Positions 50,811-64,000 of a stretch of DNA of 64,000 nucleotides are shown one piece after another. Origin of the DNA: Octopus bimaculoides (taxonomy: Eukaryota). Within the stretch, counting starts at the first letter, position 1. Each line of letters starts with the position of its first letter. Position numbers and translations under genes: made by a program. The DNA lies in the NCBI RefSeq assembly GCF_001194135.2, contig NC_068981.1, positions 127,530,012 to 127,594,011 of the forward strand, in the 5' to 3' direction. The notes beneath the pieces are model-generated. The model made no database searches. It saw only the letters and a list, made by a program, of their open reading frames with translations, and had not been told where the DNA came from.

Positions 50811-50827
50811 ATGTCTATATTGGAATG

Positions 50828-51260
50828 GAAACATCATCGTTTGACGTCTGCTTTCCATGTTGGCATGGGTTGGACGATTTGACTGAGGACTGGCAAGCCA
50901 GGAGGCTGCACCAAGCTCCAATCTGATCTGGCAAGATTTCTACAGCTGGATGCCCTTCCAAACACCAACCACTCTGAAAGTGTAGTGGGTCCTTTTTATG
51001 TGCCACTGGCATGGGAGCCAGACGGGTGTCACTGGCATCAACCATGCTCGAATGGTGCTTTTTACATGCCACCGGCATGGATGCCAGTCAGGTGGTACTG
51101 GCATTGACCACGACAACAATTTCACTTGACTCAACAGGTCTTCTCAAGCACAGCATTATTGCCCGATGATTGAAGGGTACTCTTAAATGGGCCAGTTATG
51201 CAACACTGGCATAGGCCATGGCTACGATCTCATTTGGCTTGCCAGGTCTCCTCAAAGCAA
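50828..51260 (-). mobile_element. RTE-type 3' end with internal module repeats
   Basis: catcatcgtttgacgtctgctttccatgttggcatgggttggacgatttgactgagg... Confidence 0.75.
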
Positions 51261-53234
51261 ATACTCTATTACACTGAAATAACATGATTCTTTGGAAGGA
51301 GCTGCTGTGAATTTTCATTGATAGAGAGGTACTAGAGCAATAGTTAACATGCCTCTAAAGTTTCTTTTTAAATCAATTTTCAATATTCATAACATAAATG
51401 ATATATGACTGTAATCAAAAACATATGTTAGTGTGGAGTAGATCTGTGGTTCCTAAACTATTTTCTTCATGGAACTCCTATATGATTTTCCAAAAATTAT
51501 GGAATCCATACTTATATTTTTTTTTCAGACTAATCCTGCTACCCAATTTTAATAAGGAATGAAGTGAAGCAAACAATTGTTTTAGAAAATTTATTCATAT
51601 ATATATAAAAAAAAAAAATTGCTGTACTATTTTAAAAATGAATGAATTTGAAAAAAATTTTAAGGAACACCTAAACTTGTAGAACATTAAATTTTCTTGG
51701 AACACTATAAAGCATTGAAGTAAATGATTATTAATATATATTCTCAGAGTTACATCCCTTGCTCTCGTGCGTTGGCCTTCTCAGACATTTGTGGAGCAAT
51801 GAAAGTTTTAAAAAGTAAATAGAAAATCAACAGCAGGATCTGAAAAACATTCTAAAAGAGAGCGAGAAATATATTTAGGACTGATTTCATAGATTGTTAG
51901 TGTTTAAACAAAATTTAATCATCAGCAATCTTTTTTACTGTGTGTGTAATAGTGTCAGTTATCTAATTATGCATTCTGTTGAATCATTATCATTTAATGT
52001 TTGGCTTCCATACTGGCATGTATTGGTTCAACAGGATCTGAGAGTTAGAGCAGTGTGTCATTTTCCAGTGTCTACTTTAGCATGGATTCTATCGCTTGAT
52101 GCCTTTCCTAATGCCAACCACTTTACAAAATGTTCCAAGTGCTTTTTTTCATGGTACCAAGACTAGAGGAGATTGCCTTGTAACTTGCAAGACTAAGGGC
52201 CCAGAGTGGCCCCTATAACTGAGGGAGAGTAGAAGACAGAGTGGGTGATGATTCTAGGGAGGCATGAAGGTGGGTAAGTAATGTAAGAGGAATAGAATTA
52301 TAGTTACATTAGGGTATTAGTGGAGAGAGAGCAACAGTAGTCATTAAGTGGGGTGGGTGTTACTAATTGGTGAAGGTTTTATAAATTACTATATCAAATG
52401 TTACCTTCTGAATTTTCAGATTTTCTTCATCTGGATAGTAAGCAATGAGAATCTATGGATTTTTTGCATAAATGCATGTAATATATCAGATTGTAGGCAA
52501 TGTGGAAAGAGCTTAAAATTTGTCTCAATGCTGAAATTACACTTTTTTTTATACATACAATATTCTAATTGTTGTATCCAAAACAAACGTACATCAAAGA
52601 CAGAGATAACACTGTGTTGAGTGACATTAGTGCTTTCTGAACACTACCATAACACTACATTGCTAATGTAGACCATTGTTAATCCTTTTCAATTCTAGTG
52701 ATTATATGGCAATTTTAAAACAACGGAAGCTTGGTGGGATCAAGCAAATGCAGTGGGAAGAACACTAGAATTGATAAAATAAGAACTAGTTAATTACTGG
52801 GGTTGATATAATGAACTTCCTCACTCCCCTGAAATTGCTGGCCTTGTGCCAAAATTTGAAACTAATATGAAGGGCATCCTACCCTAGAAAACATGGTAAA
52901 AATGGAATGCATTGAGTGAGATCTGATTCCTGACCCAGGAAAACAGGAGCTTCAAATGAGAAATGGTTAGCCCTGAAAAACTCAGCCAAACCCACACCAG
53001 CATGGAAAAATGGATGCAAAATGGTAATGATAACAGTGATTATGATAGAATTATATTTCTACAAGGAGGATAATTCAGAAAGTTTACTTAAAATGAAAAT
53101 ATTTCCTTATTGAGGATTTTTCCAATCTTCTGTAATCGCTTTTATCTTATTCCTGGTTATATTTTTCAGTAGAGATATCACTGTGTGGTAGTTTTGTTGG
53201 TGAATGGAACAATGCTACAGATATTAATTTCATT

Positions 53235-53600
53235 AATTTTTGGCACAAGGCCTGCAAGTTTGCGGGGAGGGATAAGTCAATTACATTGACCCCAGAGCTC
53301 AACTGGTACTTATTTTGTTGACCTCAGATGGATGAAAGGCAGAGCTGACCTCGGCAGGATTTGAACTCAGAACATAAAAGATGAATGAAATGCTGCTAAG
53401 CATTTTGTCTGGTGTGCTGGGTTATGCTAGCTTGCTGCCTTACAATGCTACAACTATTGGTTTCAAATTTTTGGCACAAGGCCAGAAAGTTTGGGAATGG
53501 GTGTAAATCGATTACATCAACCCAGTGCTCAACTGGTACTTATTTTATTGAACAAGACAAAGTTGACCTTGGCAGGATTTGAACTTACAATGTAGCCTTA
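53235..53600 (-). mobile_element. Two tandem partial family-B SINEs
   Basis: ggcacaaggcc..aagttt.g.g...aattacattgaccccagagctcaactggtacttattt occurs twice. Confidence 0.7.
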
Positions 53601-53911
53601 TAATGCTACAAATATTAATAAGTTCTATTACTTTGCCCTTTAAACATATAAGCCAAAATGTATTAAACATACATTAGAACCTGATAAATACACATTATCA
53701 CACATTCAAATCATACACACCTCTGTCTAGTTCATTATCTTCTTATCTTACCTTCCCTTTTGTTCTCTCTGTCTCTTTCTAAATCTATCTATCTATTTCA
53801 CAATCTCGTACAATCACACATTCACTTTATTTTTCTGTCTACAAATCAAGTGTGCACGCATGCGCATGCACTCATGCATGTGTGTATGTGTTGTCTCTGT
53901 TTGTCTTTCTT

Positions 53912-54062
<151 letters not shown>

Positions 54063-55553
54063 TGTTGTTAAATAATGGCCAGATAAGCCAGGCAACAGTG
54101 TTGACTCACTCCTGACCTTGAGCAGACAACAGCTGAGATCAATACACTTATTAAACAAATAGAACACGTATTTTGTTGTATTCTTAGAAACGTCATCACC
54201 ATAACCATGATCTTGACCATTACAATCATTATGAACATTATGATGATGATCATCATCATTGTCTTCATCGTTGTGGTTCATATCATTGATGTTGTTTATT
54301 ATTATTTTATATATGCTACTGTTTTTTTAAAAAATTAGCCAATTGTCTTCCTACAATGACAGCGGGCATGGAAATCACCTTTATTCAAAAGAAGAAAAAA
54401 AGCCCCTCAAAACACCCATCTCTTGCCCTTGCATTAAATTATTTCCTCTAACTACTGTCTCTAACTCTTTAATGTTAAGGAACAACTGCTCTAACTGATA
54501 TCAGATTAGCTACTTTAAGTAAATAACCTGTTGGACATGAGTCAATAGTGAACCTCGATGTGGTCACCGAAACTATCAGAAATAAAAACCAAATCTCCTT
54601 CAAATTTTATCCTAACCATGTTTAAAAAATGGATGAAAACATTGGATAATAGAGTCCTTAGACTGTCTGGGGAAAAAACAAAAACAACCTAATAGATGGA
54701 ATTATCACAATTGAGATGGCTTTGACTTTGAATTCCTCTATTGTCATTGACCTTTGGCTAAACTACAACTCACTGGGCAGAATCAAAACTAATAATTTTT
54801 TCCATTAAGATGCAATCTTTAATAGTTTTGCAATGATATAACTGTAAAGAATATTTATTTCTTTATCAGGTGGATTGTAAAATATATAAAAACCATTTTA
54901 ATTAGTGTGGTATTAAAGTTTCTGTTGCCATTGTATTTAAACATAGATTCATTGGTTTGTAATTTGAATAATGTACAGAAAACAAAAGGTGGAGAAAATA
55001 GCTAATTTCCTTAAAAGTGGGAATATTTTCCTAAAATTACTAGCTTAATACTATGAAGTAACGATAACTTTTTGTTAAGTTGATTTAATGACACAACTTT
55101 GATTTCTTTTTGAGGTTATAACACTCCATCAATGCTATCATTAACTTCGGTAAAAAATAAAATACCACTATTTTCCTTATCTTGTCTATGAAGTCAACAG
55201 AGTCAATCTCTAATGTATTAAATATACCTTTACCTACTCAATGTCATCATTGTTATTGTTGTTGATGTTATCATCATTATTAAAGGCCCGCTTTTCCATA
55301 CTTGCATGGGTGACACAGAATTTGCTGATGTGGATTTTCTATGGCTGGATGCCCTTCCTGATATCAATCCTCACCTGTTTCCAAGTGAGGCAATATTTCC
55401 TCATGACCAGACATGTCTTGGGAGATTGGAAATGTAAGAAACCACTTTCATGATGGGGACACTTGCTTACAACCAACTAGTTTGCAATGTCAATGCAAGG
55501 AGGTAGTCATACACACACACACATACATGCACACACGCACGTGCATACGTATG

Positions 55554-55594
<41 letters not shown>

Positions 55595-55782
55595 TATTCA
55601 GTTTCTGTTTACAAAACCCACTAATAAGGCTTTGGTCAGCCTGGGGCTATAAGTAACAAATACTTGTCTAAGATGCTATGCAGAAGGATTGAACCTGAAA
55701 CTCTGTAGTTATTTAATTCTGAATAATACTCTTTTTCTACATCAGCAAATATATATAAATGTATATTTATTTAGCAATTTAC

Positions 55783-55843
55783 TTTGGCAGGTTATAGTAA
55801 GGTTACACTTCTGCTGATGATCCTCAATAAAGCAAGAACATGC
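55783..55843 (-). CDS. Candidate internal exon, unidentified minus-strand gene
   Basis: aatttcag|GCATGT...CCAAA|gtaaat; phase-0 reading ACSCFIEDHQQKCNLTITCQ is open; phase-2 reading HVLALLRIISRSVTLL* is an alternative. Confidence 0.35.
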
Positions 55844-56448
55844 CTGAAATTATCTTTAATACTTATCAGAAAAAGAGATAATAAATAATACTGACATCAA
55901 CTAAAATTTTTTAATTGATTATTTAATCCCATCTTAGCTTTTTAGTGTTTCGAACATTAAATATTATTTCACTTTCATGCACATACTCTTCCCTCACACA
56001 AAGTGAAAGTGATTCATAAATAGATAATAAATAAATATAGAGGATAGATAACAGTACAATTGGGTCAAAGCTTTTTGTTTCAGAATAGGTATTTATCTTT
56101 TGGACACAAAACCAACTAATATTTCTATAGAAGATTGAACCGCAAATTACTTGTTGACCTTGCTGGTGCTGGTGTCATATAAAAAGCACCCAGTACACTC
56201 TCTGTGAAGTGGTTGGTGTTAGGAAGACTATCCAGCCATGGAAAGTATGCCAGAGCAAACAGTGGAGCTTGACATAGTCCATTGGCTTACCAACTCCTGT
56301 CAAACCCATGCCAGCATGAAAAGGTGCTGTTAAATGATGATGATGATGATAAAGACAATAAGTATGTTGTCACTCAAAATTCTTTAATAAATATTAAAAT
56401 CTAAATAGATAAATAGAAGCTATTGCAATACCAGTCTGCACACGTCAC

Positions 56449-56520
56449 CTCCCTCCTTCTTCTCCCACATATCTGAGCAATGACTTTTTCCAACTACTGC
56501 TTCTTCCAAATGTCCTTACC
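56449..56520 (-). CDS. Candidate internal exon, unidentified minus-strand gene
   Basis: tttctatattttag|G GTA AGG...GGG AG|gtgacg; VRTFGRSSSWKKSLLRYVGEEGG; phase 2 to 2. Confidence 0.4.
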
Positions 56521-56635
56521 CTAAAATATAGAAACACAAAGTAACACTGCAACTTTGTTTTATTTTATTTTCCTTTTGTAGTTTACTTTGTATCTTCTAG
56601 CATTGTTCCAGGCTTACACAACAAATCTCTTTAAA

Positions 56636-56705
<70 letters not shown>

Positions 56706-56744
56706 ATCTTTTGTTTTTTACTTGTTTCGGCCATTACACTGCAG

Positions 56745-57105
56745 TCATGCTGGGGCACCACTTTGAAGAATTTTTTGTCGAATGAATCAGCCCTAGTACT
56801 TATTTTTTGTCTAAGTCCAGTACTTATTCTACTGGTCTCTGTTGCTGAAATGCTAATTTACAGGGATGTAAACACACCAACACCAGTTGACAAGCTGTGG
56901 TGGGGTACAAACACAAACATACACACACACACACACACATATACAATGGGCTTCCAGCTTCTGTCTACCAAATCTGCTTACAAGGCTTTGGTCAGCCTGA
57001 GGCTATAGTAGGAAATGACGCCAGCCCCAGGTGTCATGCAGTGGAATTGAACCTGGGACCATGTGGTTAGGAAGCAAACTTCTTACCACACAGCAATACC
57101 TGCAT
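56745..57105 (-). mobile_element. SINE family A, full length
   Basis: Reverse complement of 26146/34700. Confidence 0.75.
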
Positions 57106-57284
57106 ACACACATTTATATATTCAAATCTTCAAGATTGGTAAGCTCAAAATTGGTAAGCTGATAAATCAGCCTTGTTGTCTTCTAAGGATCTTAATAGGA
57201 ATTGTTTCATACTATGATGGAAGATTAGAATGAGAATTTAAAGGAGTTGAGGCATTTACTTACATTACATTAATTATCAGTAAG

Positions 57285-57500
57285 AGGTGGAAAGCTGGCA
57301 GAATGGTTAGCATGCCAGACAAAACGTTTAGCAGCATTTCATCCATCATTACTTTTGAGTTCAAATTCTGCCGAGGTTTACCTTGCCTTTCATCCTTTCA
57401 GGGTCAATAAAGTAAGTACCAAGTGTGCACTAGGGTTGATGTAATCAACTAGCACCCCCATTGCCCCAGATTTCAGGTCTTGTACCCATGGTAGAAAGGA
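57285..57500 (+). mobile_element. SINE family B
   Basis: gaggtggaaagctggcagaatggttagcatgcc...gagttcaaattctgccgagg. Confidence 0.7.
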
Positions 57501-58359
57501 TTTTATTAATTAGCAGTTTCATCAAACTTTTGTTTATCAGTTATCTATCAAACAGAAGTAAAATCTAGGTCTTTAGTCAATCCACCAGGAAGTTAGCATT
57601 ATCTAATGAAATTCATGATGTAAGAAGATATATTAAATATATTGATGCTTGTGACAAAGTATTTTCTATTGTATTTCATTTCCTTTTTTGTATATTACAT
57701 ATCATTACATATCAGTGACATTCTGATCAAATATAGTGAAAACAGCAACATTAACATTCTACTATTAATACATTTTAGATATGGCTACACGAACATATTA
57801 TAACTGATAAAAACATGATTAGATAAATAATTTGCTCAAGAATATCACTTAATACCAACATCAGGACTGGACTTCCTGCTTCAGGGGTCAGAGATCTATT
57901 TAGACATTGAATCAACTTAATAATAATAATATCAAGTATTTCTAACATTGGCACTGAAGCCACAAATTTGGGGTAGGAGTATGTCAGTTTGATCAACCCA
58001 AATACCTGACATACTTCGCTGCTACTTATTTTAGTAACCCAGAAAGAAAAGAGACAAAGTTGATCATGGTGGGATTTGAACACAAAACTTGAAGGGACAT
58101 AACTAAGGCATTTGTGTCAAATGCTAACATTATTACCATGCAACTAGAACCCTCGCAATTGCTCCTGCTGCATGTCAACTGGTGTTGATGTACTTGACAA
58201 CTCATGTTGGTGTACTTACATTCCTGTAACTTGGCAAAAGGGACTGATAGAATAAGTACTAAAAAAAAGTACCACTGTCAATTCATTCGGCTAAAAATTC
58301 TTCATGGTGGTACCCCAGCATAGCCACAGTTTCATGACTGAAACAAGTAACATATACTT

Positions 58360-58760
58360 CAACAAGAACTTGATTTCACCAGTTGGCACTCCGTCACTTA
58401 TGACATCGAGGGTTCCATTTGATCCGATCAACGGAACAGCCTCCTTGTGAAATTAATGTGCAAGTGGCTGAGCACTCCACAGACACGTGTACTCTTAACG
58501 TAGTTCTCGGGGATATTCAGCGTGACACAGTGTCACAAGGCTGACCCTTTGAATTACAGGCACAACAGAAACAGGAAGTAAGAGTGAGAGAAAGTTGTGG
58601 TGAAAGAGAGAGCAGGGTTCGCCACCATCCCCTGCCAGAGCCTCGTGGAGCTTTAGGTGTTTTCGCTCAATAAACACTCACAATGCCCGGTCTGGGAATC
58701 AAAACCACGATCCTATGACCGCGAGTCCGCTGCCCTGACCATTGGGCCATTGCGCCTCCT
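58360..58760 (-). mobile_element. SINE with family-C 3' body
   Basis: The minus strand has a tRNA head (ggcgcaatggcccaatggtcagggcagcggac...ggttttgattccc) and a 3' body matching 61200-61378. Confidence 0.75.
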
Positions 58761-59504
58761 CAATTTCACCAGTAGCCCAAGTAAAACATATATTGAGGGA
58801 CAGTTGGGAAGTGCCTTTATAGGATCCCGACAAACTGATTGAAACCTAAATTTGTTTCCTCCTGTTGACGAAAACACCTGTGGTAGACCAGCATACTTCA
58901 TCTAGAAGAAAAAGTCTATTTCACACTTATAACATACCTTTGACTACAGTAAACACATATATAAAGAGGTCACTTTGTGCAGTCTGCACATCACACACAC
59001 ACATCCCATGCTATGCCTCTGTGACTATCCTGTTTATTTTAGAAGTAAATTTTTATTTACATTATTTACTACATCCTGTTTATTAAGATGTATGATTTTA
59101 AGTGTATGATTTAAGGGAGATTTTTTTGTTGCTTTTTTTAGCAGGTCAAGTGACTATGTAGAAGCTTTGTTTGTTGGATTCTCTTAGAAATCATTTTCGT
59201 CATGAGTGATCTTAAAATACACATCACCTACAAACAATTAACTACTCTAGTAGTGCTCAACCATTTCTATGTCCTACACCTCTACAAAAGGTTTTCCTTA
59301 ATTTTTGCAACCACAACAAAAATAATTATATATTTGAAGATTGGAGTCAATTTTCTAATATCTAATTTATTTATTTATCTTTTAAATTGAACCAAATATA
59401 AGTACAACAAATATAACTAAAATAATATAAACTTTTAACTCAAAGCTTGCTATGCAAATGGAGTGATTAGGGAAAAAACTAGTCAGTGAATCCAATCACA
59501 TTAC

Positions 59505-59604
59505 TTCATATAAAATTCAATGATTTCTTTGTTTGTCTCCCATTCATGACTTTTATCAAAATAGAGAGCTTTCTTTATAGGTCTACTTGTGGATTCAAGT
59601 GATT
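59505..59604 (-). CDS. Candidate internal exon, unidentified minus-strand gene
   Basis: atttaag|AA TCA CTT...ATG AA|gtaatg; SLESTSRPIKKALYFDKSHEWETNKEIIEFYM; the other two frames are closed. Confidence 0.45.
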
Positions 59605-59701
59605 CTTAAATTTTGTTTTGATTGAAAAAGGAAGACAGGATACAGATTGACACAAATATGTTGTTGCAAAAATAACGAGAACACAGTTCTTGGTCACAAT
59701 G

Positions 59702-60372
59702 TGTTAAGGGTTAAATTTACATATGCAGAATAATAAAGTCTGTAGTGAACTAGAGTGAGCTTCCTCTCTTGTATTATATACTTACGAACTTAGCAGGTAA
59801 CAGCTAACCTTTGGGCACTGTTTTGGACCCCATTGTATCTATCACTCTGATTGGTTAGTATTGGCACAACTTGTCTCTTGCTCTATCGCAATATGCAACC
59901 CAACCAATCACAGCCTTCAAGTAAGTCACATGAGATAGTCTTTTCTAAACAACATTTGAGCCTACCTGTCAGCTATAAAAGTTCACCTCCTACTAGTCTC
60001 ACCGTCAGTTGCTTCCAGACTTTCTAAGGTCTAACCACTGACCACATTACAGCAACCTCCATCTCCGTTGCCACCACTGATGTCTCTCACCAACGTTGTC
60101 AACAACATCTACACAGCACCAACACACTGCACTGAGTTTTCCTCACCAGGGTTAACAGCTAACATACAACCCACGCAGATACATGTAGATATATGGACAA
60201 ATGTACATCAGCCACTTCCATTCAGCTTGTGTATACATACATGTGACCACAATAAACATATTTAAAGTTACCACCTTGTGTTTCATATATTCTTCATACT
60301 GGATTTACTACCAAATAAGATTACAGCCTTCTGAGTGGAGTCATTAGATAGAATACCAACTACCCGTCTAAA
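59702..60372 (+). mobile_element. LTR of an LTR retrotransposon, uninterrupted
   Basis: Starts TGTT; CCAAT-like boxes; TATAAAA near 59974; AATAAA near 60251; homologous to the split copy at 14348-14616 plus 18045-18841; followed by a PBS. Confidence 0.7.
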
Positions 60373-60373
60373 G

Positions 60374-60399
60374 TGGTGACCCCGACATGATTCGAACAC
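60374..60399 (+). promoter_or_regulatory. tRNA-Trp primer-binding site
   Basis: TGGTGACCCCGACATGATTCGAACAC is the reverse complement of the tRNA-Trp(CCA) 3' end including CCA (tRNA sequence recalled, not searched). Confidence 0.75.
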
Positions 60400-61056
60400 A
60401 TAGCCTGTCTCCATATGATTGTCTGCATTTTATCCTATAAGTGTTCCTAACATGATATCAATAACCTACCTCATAAACGTAGGACATTATCATGTTACCT
60501 GCTAGAAATAGCAATCAAACCCCATAAAATCATTCCACCATCTTTAAAAACTGAAGGACACATTAAATAATGTAGCTCTAGATATTCTTCCTCAAAGTCG
60601 AAATGGTCAAGACTAGAATGGTATAGATTCCAACGTACAACTTCGGAGCCAATGAATGTACCTGTGTGTTACTCTCAATCTGCTAGAAAGAACATTTAAA
60701 TCTCCCTCAAATAACTATCTACTGTTTTAAAAAGAGAGGTACATTTTTGATAATGTAATCCGAGGTACACTCTGTATCTAGGACTTTTTGTTTTGCTAAC
60801 ATTTTTTCAACTCTTCTTGCTATAATTCAACACCCCATTCCAATTTTTAATATACATACATGTATTATCAGGCCCAAGTAATTTAGCTCCAGGTACTTAC
60901 ACCCCAGGTTCTTGCCATGACACAATCCTCCTAGAAGCAAATATTATAAATACAGATGGTATACATTCGGTTTTGTTTAATTACTTATTCACATTTCTAA
61001 GCCTGTTATTATTAATGATGTTGTTGTTATTGTTGTTGTCATTATTGTCATGAGTG

Positions 61057-61378
61057 AAGGTGCGTGGCTTAGTGGTTAGGGTATTTGCCTTAAGATTTTA
61101 AGGCCATGAGTTCAATTCCTGGTGACGCGCTGTGTCCTTGAGCAAGACACTTCATTTCACATTGCCCCAGCCCACTCAGCTGGCAAAGAGGAGTAGTATC
61201 TGTTTTTCAAAGGGCCAGCCTTGTCACACTCTGTGTCACACTGAATCTCTCTGAGAACTATGGTAAGAGTACACTTGTCTGTGGAGTGCTCAGTCACTTG
61301 TGCATTAATTTCACTAGCAGGCTGCTCCATTAATTGGATCAACTGGAACCCTCATCGTAACTGAAGGAGTTCTAGTTA
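61057..61378 (+). mobile_element. SINE family C, full length
   Basis: aaggtgcgtggcttagtggttagggtatt...gagttcaattcctgg. Confidence 0.8.
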
Positions 61379-62066
61379 GTTATTGTTGTGATTGCAACTA
61401 ACAAGCATTATCATGATATATTTAATACCTTTTCTTTTTAGAAGCTAATTTTAAAAAGAGACCAATGATGAAAAAAGTACACAGATGTATGTCTCATACT
61501 CCTACTTCCCCCTTTGTCTCCAGCATCCATATAAAATTTTCTTCCACCTTGGGGGCAGTTTTTTGAGAGGCACTGCTCTGCTCTGCTCAACCAGCTTTGA
61601 CCTGGGGCTAAACAATAACAACACAAGCATTTAACACCCTCTGACATTGTGTCCTCTCATTGTTTAAATCAACAAACTTGCAATGACACTCACTCATCTG
61701 AACTAGCTGAACAACTGAAATCATTCTGTTTGATATATCTTGTCACATCGATCATTTAGCTAAGGCCCTCAACCAGGGCTTAGAATGCTGAGGGAGAGTT
61801 TTAGCCAATACATTGTTCTGAATATTTAATGGATCTCTCCACTCTCCCTCCTTTCAATAAATAAATAAGAGCTCACAGTTCCCTTGAATTTTGAGAAGAG
61901 CCCTCCACCTCCCTCAAGTGCTGGAAGCAGTTTGTTCTATCTTGCAAATTTTCTGTTAGTCGCCCACAATTCCAAATTACCCACAGCTACATTGCTATCA
62001 TGAAGGCTAAAACTATTATTGTAAGAAATTTCACAGTCATTAACAAGGTGATCGCCAGAAAAGCAA

Positions 62067-62297
62067 GGCGGCGAGCTGGCAGAAACGTTAGCACGCCGGT
62101 CGAAATGCTTAGCGGTATTTCGTTTGCTGTTACGTTCTGTGTTCAAATTCTGCCGAAGTCGACTTTGCCTTTCATCCTTTTGGGGTCAACTAAATAAGTA
62201 CCAGTTATGCACTGGGGTCAATATAAGCGACTTAATCCGTTTGTCTGCCCTTGTTTGTCCCCTCTGTGTCTAGCCCCTTGTGGGCAGTAAAGAAATA
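62067..62297 (+). mobile_element. SINE family B, full length
   Basis: ggcggcgagctggcagaaacgttagc...gttcaaattctgccg; 10-bp direct repeat AGAAAAGCAA at 62057-62066 and 62298-62307. Confidence 0.85.
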
Positions 62298-63859
62298 AGA
62301 AAAGCAAAAATTTACTTCATGCATCACACATCTTTCAGGCCCTTTGGAACAGCTGTCATATTTTTTTTCTTTGCCAAGAAGATGATCACAAGAAGGTTCT
62401 TGCAGAATCTGTTTTCCCTTTTACTCAATCCTTTTGCTCATCCCTCATAAGTAACCCCTTGTTGATAAAGCTACCAGATTTGCTGCTTATTTTATTTTTC
62501 TCATGTATGTCTTAGAGCTTGTTCTCAACTTTCTTACTACTCTATATAAATGACTTAATGCTGCTCTCAGTTGAACACACTCCTGAATAGAGGTTACTGC
62601 CCTCTGTATTTGTCGATAGTTTTTTGCACACAGATGCCATTCACACATAAACAATGCACCCTATATCAAAATTGCATAACTTTCAAAAATAAAGGCTCTA
62701 TAACATACTCAAAATTGCATTACAAAGATTTAACTTCCATTTCAGTGTCCAAAACTATTTCAGTTTCTGAAAAGCTGTTAATGTTATACAAACTACAAGT
62801 GTGATGTACATTAGAGTAATGGTTTTCATAAGGCTCCTTGGGTAAACAAATTGCCATGTTTTATAATATTAAGATGATTTTAAAACTTGTCTAATAGCTT
62901 GATGAAGACAGAACAATTATATGGATGTAAGCTCAACTTTGTATTCTCTAAAAATGCTATATTTTTTCTCTAAAGAGGATATATTTCTCTTTAAAGTGGG
63001 TATGTTTCTTTTTTAAAAGGGGTATATATTTCTAAAGGGGGTATATCTACCCCATTTCTTTATGTTCTGAGATCAATTTTGCTGAGGTCAGCTCTACCTT
63101 TCATCCTTAAAGTACCAGCCAAGTAATGGAGTCAGTGACATTGACTAACCCACCTCATCAAAATTGCTAACCTTGTGCCTAAATTAGAAATAATTAATAA
63201 GGGGGAAGGGTGCAAAAAGTTTCACTGATTTTTTTTCTTTTTGAGGGTAACAACTGCACTAGATACTATTCACATTTGTAGGACAAAGCAGCTGCTACAT
63301 AAATAAACATTCTGGACCATTTGAGAAAAACAAAAACATTAGCTTTCAGGCATATTGTCTAAAGTTCACTCACTAATGCACTAGAAACCTTTTACTTTAT
63401 ATCTCCCATAATTGACCATTTGAACTATGACTTGATGCATCCGCTTGTCCTGTTATCATCCTTTATGTATCTCATTCAACAAATCCCATACTACACACTA
63501 CATCCAAGTATTTACTTCTAGAATAATGGCCTTCAAAAATACCATCGCCCTACTGGCACCGACCTAGAGAAATTCAGTAACTTTGTTTCCTCCAAACCTT
63601 GAAGGCATGTATTCTCCCTCTCACCTCTTTGCAAAGGACACAAATCTCAAATGCTCCATTCACCCGTACCTTATAGTAGGAATAAATAATAACAAAGCTA
63701 TAATTAAACCTAATTACACAATACACAAATAAGGAGAGTAAAGACATTTGTGTGAGATAGAGAAAGAGACAAAGTTATCTACAGACTCACAGATGTGTTT
63801 TTACATATACTCATCAGTACAGACACGTGTGCACTACACATACATAAACACATGCATAT

Positions 63860-63963
63860 GTTCGTACATAGATATATATATATACATATAAAATCTGCAC
63901 ATATACATAATATACACACACACACACATATATATATGCACATACATATATATATATATATAT

Positions 63964-64000
<37 letters not shown>
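63860..64000. repeat. (TA)n/(CA)n microsatellite
   Basis: Direct reading. Confidence 0.9.

Noticed and set aside
52405-52530. 126-nt phase 1-1 minus-strand exon candidate with an in-frame TGA (possible selenocysteine)
   Set aside because: The context does not resemble a selenoprotein and no SECIS was seen; a false exon is more likely.
61694-62430. Further minus-strand micro-exon candidates (61714-61694, about 62006-61981, about 62410-62316)
   Set aside because: They could not be chained consistently with the better exons, and such signals arise often by chance.

Overview
AT-rich, gappy, repeat-dense animal DNA. The SINE/RTE repeat families suggest an Octopus (coleoid cephalopod) assembly, but that is an inference. 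Two housekeeping genes lie head-to-head with start codons about 16 kb apart. Sec61 alpha is on the minus strand (ATG at 8094; 7 coding exons visible; it continues off the left edge). V-ATPase V0 subunit d is on the plus strand (complete, 8 exons, 24105-48192, 349 aa). Between them is a transposon nest: a hAT/Buster-Charlie fossil, Tx1-clade LINE pieces, an LTR split by a Tx1-like LINE with an exact 16-bp target duplication just downstream of the LTR TATA box, a long-TIR foldback element, a piggyBac-type MITE and Penelope remnants. The ATP6V0D introns hold SINEs, RTE 3' ends (one inverted pair, one minisatellite expansion), CR1 LINEs and Helitron ends. Right of 49.9 kb, several phase-compatible minus-strand exon candidates suggest a third gene that I cannot identify, tail-to-tail with ATP6V0D. 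An LTR followed by a tRNA-Trp primer-binding site sits at 59.7-60.4 kb. There is no CRISPR array, rRNA or intact tRNA gene. Repeat boundaries are read by eye (tens of bp uncertainty); exon boundaries were checked base by base.
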